A stretch of 64,000 nt of DNA, taken from the human T2T-CHM13v2.0 reference genome, Homo sapiens. Position 1 is the stretch's first letter. Every line of letters starts with the position of its first letter. The notes below the pieces were generated by a model that was not told where the DNA came from, searched no databases, and was given only the letters and a program-made list of their open reading frames with translations. The translations under genes were made by a program, and so were the position numbers. The DNA lies in the NCBI RefSeq assembly GCF_009914755.1, contig NC_060925.1, one strand, 5' to 3'. Positions 57,095-64,000 of this stretch are shown here, piece by piece.

Positions 57095-57330
57095 AAGTGT
57101 GGAGTTACTAGTGAATTCTAGCAAGAATTTAAGGAAGAAATTAACAGCAATTCTACATAAACTCTTCCAGAAAATGGAAGAGAAGGGCATACTTCTCAAC
57201 TCATTCTACAAGGCCAGCTTTACCCCAATACTAAAATTAGATAATGACACTACAAGAAAATTACAGACCAATGTCTTTCATGAACATAGATGCAAAAAGT
57301 CTAAACAAAATTTTAGCAAAACAAATTTGG
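57095..57330 (+). mobile_element. Old LINE-1 ORF2 fragment
   Basis: ILHKLFQKMEEKGILLNSFYKAS peptide in ORF 57099..57347. Confidence 0.75.
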
Positions 57331-57616
57331 AGGTGATATCTTTTTAGAGAGCTTAAAGCAGAGCTATGTGAACATCCAAAGAAAGGACAAGTAGCATTTG
57401 CTGGCCCTGAATAAAGTCAGTAGGGGAACTGCAATGACTGAGGCAGAGAAGACTGTACAGGGAAGGCCCTTTCCCGGTGCAAGAGCCAGTTAGCCTGGAT
57501 CCCAGGGACATTTGTGAAACTGAGCTTTGTTTTAGCTCCAGAGCTCTCAGCTCCAGAATGAGTTATAAGGAAGTATCGCAGTGGCGGTGAGCAGTACTCG
57601 TCGCATAGTAACACAC

Positions 57617-57729
57617 CTGGCAGGTCTTCCCCAGGCCCATCTCATCTCCCAGGATACAGCCATTCTGACAATGGAAGCGCTGGGCGAGCCAGTTTACTCC
57701 CTCCAGCTGGTAAGAGCGTAGGTGAATCC
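57617..57729 (-). CDS. CHD1L: CHD1L exon 2 (113 nt; [11 protein letters not shown]...[11 protein letters not shown], Walker A)
   Basis: tttctag acceptor, CAG|gtgtgt donor; visible in ORF 57563..57751. Confidence 0.97.
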
Positions 57730-58536
57730 CTAGAAACAAAAAATACAGCAAATCCGAAGAGCAGACATTTCAGTACATGCAGAGGCAATGTTCTAAGAGT
57801 TTGAATGAGGAACACAGCCTAAATTCACATAACCCTAAACCTCACTGGACGTATCTTTTGCTGAGGAGTTATGGATATCTAAACATCTGCTGACTTCCAA
57901 ACTACTTTTTGAGCAGACTTATTCACCTTTATATTCAAAGCCCCAAAGTAGCCTGTCATTGTTACCTGATTCACTTGATAAATGAGAAAGTCAACTTGGG
58001 ATCTGGCCTCTATACTGCCTGAGACTCACACCAGTGTCCATTCTGGGAAATGAGGCATTACTGATGCAACTTAACAAAGAGCAACAACACATGGATTGTA
58101 CATGTGTCTGCTTGTTTAATTGCACCCATTTAAATATGCCATCAATGCTAAAGGAAAAAACTTAGGACTACACTGAATAATGCTTCAACACAGAAGCGCT
58201 GTTTTTAAGAATGGAAATGATGTTTCACAAAGGGTATTTAACTGTGTACAGGGATGGCAGAAAACGTGTGAAATTAATACGGAACTTACTCTCTTTTCTC
58301 TTTCCCTTGGTGAAAAAAATCCAATTTCAAAGAATAGCCATATCTTGGGAAGGTGAAAGACCTTAAACATACTTTATATAAGAACTATTAGCAAAAACAT
58401 AACTATCTGGTTTAACTTATACCTTTAAAAAAATCTTCAAAATACATAATTGTACAAAATTTAAAAAATAAGTTATTTTTCTTAGGCACTTACAAATACC
58501 AGAGTAGTAGTAAACACTTTACATAAATTACAGTAT

Positions 58537-58830
58537 CTCACGCCTGTAATCCCAGCACTTTGGGAGGCTGAGGCAGGCAGATCACCTGAGGTCAGAAGAT
58601 CAAGACCAGCCTGGCCAACATGGTGAAAACCTGTCTCTAATAAATAATACAAAAATTAGCTGGGTGTAGTGGCGGGCACCTGTAATCCTAGCTACTTGGG
58701 AGGCTGAGGCAGGGGGAATTGCTTGAACCCGGGAGGCGGAGGTTGTAGTAAGCCGAGATCGCGCCACTGCACTACAGCCTTGGCAACAGAGCAAGACTGT
58801 CTCAAAAAAATAATAATAAAAATAAATAAA
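58537..58830 (+). mobile_element. AluSx-like, slightly 5'-truncated
   Basis: 18-bp direct repeat ataaattacagtatctca (58523-58540 and 58830-58847) overlapping Alu ctca microhomology. Confidence 0.9.
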
Positions 58831-59189
58831 TAAATTACAGTATCTCATTTAATGCTTATAATGATTCTATGGAGTAGGTATTATCCCCATTTTATAATCA
58901 GAAAATTCAGAGATTTCTGTTTCTGATGGGAGTATACTTACTTTCCCTTATTCCTCTTGCTAAGTACAAATAAAAACCCTAGACATGCTACAGAAAACAA
59001 GCATAAAACTCTGAAAGGTGTAGTGAAGAAGCAGACTGGCTAGGGACCTTGGGCCTGCGGAAGGCAGGGTAGTAAGTTCCCTGGAATTTATTTTTGCTTT
59101 ATATATCCCAGTCTGACAGTTCAAGAAATCAGCCAACTGGAAACACCAACTGATGTAGACCAAAACCAAAACAAATAAGAACACCTCCC

Positions 59190-59537
59190 AATATTAGTCT
59201 CTTCTCATGCTGCTAATAATACCTGAGATTGGGTAATTTATAAAGGAAAGAGGTTTAATTGACTCACAATTCCACATGGATGGAGAGGCCTCACAATCAT
59301 GGTGGAAGGCAAATGAGGGGCAAAGTCACATCTTACATGGCAGCAGGCAAGAGAGCTTGTGCAGGGAACTCCCATTTATAAAACCATCAGATCTTGTGAG
59401 ATTTATTCACTACCATGAGAATAATATGGGGGAACTGACCCCATGATTCAATTATCTCCACCTGGCACCACCCTTGACACGTGGAGATTATTACAATTCA
59501 GGGTGAGATGTGGTTGGGGACACAGCCAAACCATACC
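59190..59537 (-). mobile_element. THE1 MaLR solo LTR
   Basis: aaggaaagaggtttaattgactcaca...ggacacagccaaaccat. Confidence 0.85.
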
Positions 59538-60648
59538 ACCCCCACCCCTCACAAGCCTGCTCCAGCTAGAAAATGGCAGCCTAGCAAGACAGGAAACTTT
59601 TATATAATAACTGCTCTATTCTAGTAAACACCACAGGAATAAACCTGTGGTCCCACCAGCAAAGGCTAAGTGGAAAGCATAGACTTCTACCTACAGCTAC
59701 AACGAGTGCCCCAGCACCCCAGCCAGGATGGTATAAGAGAAGGCCAAGTAGGGAGCTGGGATTTTTATCCCCACCAACCAATAACGAGGCCCTACCCCTT
59801 AGCTTTCCCCTGCAGGATCAGTAGAGACTCAGGAGGGAGCCACAACTCCCACCCTCACCCAGCAGGATGGAGGAGCCCCTTCCCAATCCCCAGATGTGGA
59901 CAGAGGCTGAAGGGGGAGCCTGGACTTCTATCCCCACCTGGCACTAACAAGGCAGCAGACCCTCTTCCCCTGCCAGAGCAGCATCAGACAAAGACAGTCA
60001 AACAGGAGGTTTAAACATGATTTAAAAAAAATGCCTGGCTCCAATTCTTATAAAAATCATTCATTATATCAAGAACTGGGAAGATTTCAAACTGAACGAA
60101 AAAAGATAATCAATAGGTGCCAACACCCAGATGACACAGACGGTAGAATTATCTGACAAAGACCTTAAAGCAGTAATGATAAAATGCTTCAACAAGTAGT
60201 TATGAATGCACTTGAACAACTGAAAAAAACAGGAAACCTCAGGTAAGAAACAGAAATTTCAGCAAAGAAATAAAAGATATAAAGACCAAAGGGAAATTTT
60301 AAAAACTGAAAAATAATATAACCAAAATAAAAGGCTACTGATGCTGTTGATGGGATCAACAGCAGAATGGAAGGAAGTGAGGAAAGAATCAGTGAACTCT
60401 ACAGAATAGAAGTTATAGAGAGATTACAATCAGAAGAGAGAGAAAGCAGACTGAAAACAAATGACCCTCCGGGACCTTCAGGACTACCACAAAAGATCTA
60501 ACATTTGTTCAATGTTGTCCAATAAAAACAGGTGAAGGAGGATAGGGCTGAAAAAGTACTTAAATAAATAATAGCTGAAAACTTCCCAAATCTGGCTAAA
60601 GAGCTACAGTTTCAAGAAACTGAGTAAACCGCAAACATAACAAAACAT

Positions 60649-61086
<438 letters not shown>

Positions 61087-61848
61087 TCAGAAATCTTAAA
61101 GGCCAGAAAGAAATGCCACAACATGTTTCAAATATCGAAAGAAAAGAACTGTCAATCCAGACTCCTGTAATCAAGAAAAATGGTATTCAGGAATGAAGAG
61201 GAAATTCTCAGATGAAGGAAAACAAAGAGAATTTATCATCAACAAACCTACCCTCAAAGAATGGCTAAAGGAAGCCCTTGGAAAAAAAGGAAATGATAAA
61301 AGATGGAACCTTGGAACATCAAGGTGAGAATGCAGCATTCAAAAACGTGTAAATACAATAGGTTTTCCTTTTCTTGAGTTTTTAAAATTATGTTTGACCG
61401 CTGAAGCAAAGATTATAACAGTGTCTGATGTGGTTCTAAAGGAAATATTTAAGACAATTATAAACAAAAAGTAAAGCTATAAATACAAAGGGAAGATAGA
61501 TATACAGGGAAGTAATGTTTATATAAAGGGAAGTAATGTTTCCATACTTTACTCAAATAAGTAAAATGACAATATCAGTAGTCTGTGATTTTATACACAC
61601 ATACGTACATTTACATACAATACCCGTAACGACCACTAAAAAGCTACACAAAGAGATAAACTAAAAAACACTGTAAATAAACAAAAATAAAATTCTAAAA
61701 AATGTTCAAATAATTCACAGGAAGGCAAGAAAAAGAAACAGAGATAAACTAAAAACAATAAAAATAAGATGGCAGAGTTAAGCTCAAACATAGTAATAAT
61801 TACTTGAAATATAAATGGTGTAAGTATACCAATTAAAAGACAAAGACT

Positions 61849-62150
61849 TGGCTGGGCACAGTGGCTCACACCTGTAATCCCAGCACTTTGGGAGGCTGAG
61901 GCGGGAGGATCTCCTGAGGTAGGGAGTTCAAGACCAGCCTGACCAACATGGAGAAACCCCGTCTCTATTAAAAATACAAAATTAGCCGGGTATGGTGGCT
62001 CATGCCTGTAATCCCAGCTACTCAGGAAGCTGAGGTGGGAGAATCACTTGAACCTGGGAGGCAGGAGGTTGCGGTGAGCTGAGATCGTGCCATTGCACTC
62101 CAGCCTGGGCAACAAGAGCGAAACTCCGTCTCAAAGAAAAAAAAAAAATA
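61849..62150 (+). mobile_element. AluSp-like
   Basis: gaccaacatggagaaacc; TSD aagactt. Confidence 0.88.
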
Positions 62151-62249
62151 AGACTTCCAGAGTGGATTTTAAACATAACCCAATTATAAATTGTCTACAA
62201 GAAATTCAACCCAAAAATAATTAAATAAGTGAAAAGTAAAAGGAAGAAG

Positions 62250-62627
62250 TGGTAGACAAAATAGTGGCCCTCACAAAGATGTCCAAGCCCTGATCCTGGC
62301 ATCAGTGAGTATGTGACCTTATATGGCAAAAGGCATTCTGAACATATAATCAAGGTTAAGGGGCTTGAGATGGAAGAGTACCCTGAATTATCCAGGTGGG
62401 CCTGGATAACGCAATGGACATACAATCTAATCACATGCATCATTCGGAGAAACTTTAACAGCTGTGGTTAGAGAGGAAGCTGGCTAGAGAAGGATCAAAG
62501 AGATGCAATGTTTCTGGCTTTGAAGTTGGAGGAAAGGGGCCAGGAGTCAAGTGATGTGGGCAGCCTCTGGATGCTGGGAAATATATTCTCCCCTAGAGCC
62601 TCCAGAAAGGAATGCAGCTCTGCTGAT
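62250..62627 (+). mobile_element. MLT1 (D/E-like) LTR fragment
   Basis: gaccttatatggcaaaagg, gaattatccaggtgggcc, ccctagagcctccagaaaggaa. Confidence 0.7.
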
Positions 62628-62691
62628 ACCCAAAGACAGGAGAATACACATTGTTTTCAAGTGCCATGGACCATACAACATATTCAGGGCC

Positions 62692-63128
62692 TGTCTTAGT
62701 CCATTTAGTGTTGCTATGGAATACTCGAGGTTGGATAATTTAAAAATAAAAAGAGGTTTATTTGGCTCATGGTTCTACAGATTGTACAAGAAGCATGGCA
62801 CCAACATCTGCTTCAGGTGAGGGCTTCAGACTGTTTCCACTAATGGCAGAAGGGGAAGTGGGGGTGGCATGTACAGAGATCACATGGTGAGAGAGGAAGA
62901 AAGGTGTGGGGGATGCCAGGCTCTTTTTAACAACCAGCTTTCTGGAAGCTAGTAAGTAAGAAGTCAGTCACTCTCTCTGCTCCCTGCTCAGGGAGAGCAT
63001 TAATCTATTCAGGAAGGATTTGCCCCCATGACCTAAACACCTTTCATTAGGCCCCACCTCCAACACTGGGGATCAAATTTCAACATGATATTTGGTGGGG
63101 ACAGATAATCCATATCCAAACTAAAGCA
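62692..63128 (-). mobile_element. MST-family MaLR solo LTR
   Basis: TG...CA ends with 5-bp TSD GGGCC (62687-62691 and 63129-63133). Confidence 0.87.
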
Positions 63129-64000
63129 GGGCCAGAAAACCCCAACACATTTAAAAGAACTGAAATTGTACAGAGTATGTTCTCTGACCACAATGTAATA
63201 AAATTAGAATTCATGGACAGAAACATTAGAGGCAAATCTCTCAACACTTGGAAACTAGACAACACACTTCTTTCTAAACAGTCCATCAAAAGAGGAAGTC
63301 TCCAGGGAAATAAATACACTGAACTAAATAAAAATGAAAATACAACATATCAAAATTTGTGCAACAAAAATTAACTCAAAGTAGATCATGGACTTAAATA
63401 AGAAGCTGTAAAACTTTTAGGAAAAAACTCTTTAGGATCTGGGAATAGCCAATGAGTTCTTATATTTGACACCAAACAACAAGAAAACTATCCATAAGAG
63501 AAAAAATTGATAAACTGATAAATTTTAGCCAAAATTTAAAACTTTTGTAAGACATATATCTGAGAAAATATTAGTATCTAGATTATATAAAGACTAGAGT
63601 ATGTCAAAACTCAACAGTGAAAAAACAACAACAACAAAGGATCCTATTTTAAAATGGGCAAAAGACAGAAAAAGACATTTTATCAAAGAGGTTACATATT
63701 TCATTAGCCAATAGGGAAATTCATATCTAAGCCACAATGAGATAGCATTTCACATACATTAGAATAGTCAATATAAAAAAGTAGCAATATCAAATGCTGG
63801 CAAGGATGCAAAGAATCCAAACTCAGTCATACATTGCTGGTGGGAATGTAAAATAGTACAGCTACTCTGGAAACAGTTTGGCAGTTTCTTTAAAAACTAA
63901 ACATGCAACTACCATATGACCCACTCACAGCACTCCTAGGCATTTATTACAGAGAAATGAAGATTTATTTTCATACAAAATCTGTATACAAATGTTTACA

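Overview
Primate, almost certainly human, genomic DNA containing most of CHD1L (ALC1, the SNF2-family poly(ADP-ribose)-activated chromatin remodeller; 1q21.1 from memory) on the minus strand. I traced 22 coding exons (exons 2-23, 57729 down to the TAA at 14825-14827) with continuous frame, plus a 3' UTR with AATAAA at 14586-14591. Exon 1 and the promoter lie beyond the right edge. Bases 1-11.6 kb are a stack of nested LINE-1 and Alu insertions downstream of the gene, and ~58.9-64 kb is an old antisense L1 broken by LTRs and Alus in intron 1. Best oddities: (1) the last intron is U12-type (minor spliceosome), and retaining it would swap the last 26 aa for a different 26 aa with no downstream exon junction; (2) exon 7 has both a GAG acceptor and a GC donor; (3) a ~140-bp inverted duplication with no repeat family I recognise, ~1.7-2.8 kb past the polyA signal; (4) a stepwise triplication in intron 6; (5) a compact KLF/CTCF/AP-1 motif cluster in intron 12. 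I found no evidence of a new protein-coding gene or an RNA gene. Repeat subfamily names are from memory of consensus sequences and repeat boundaries are approximate.
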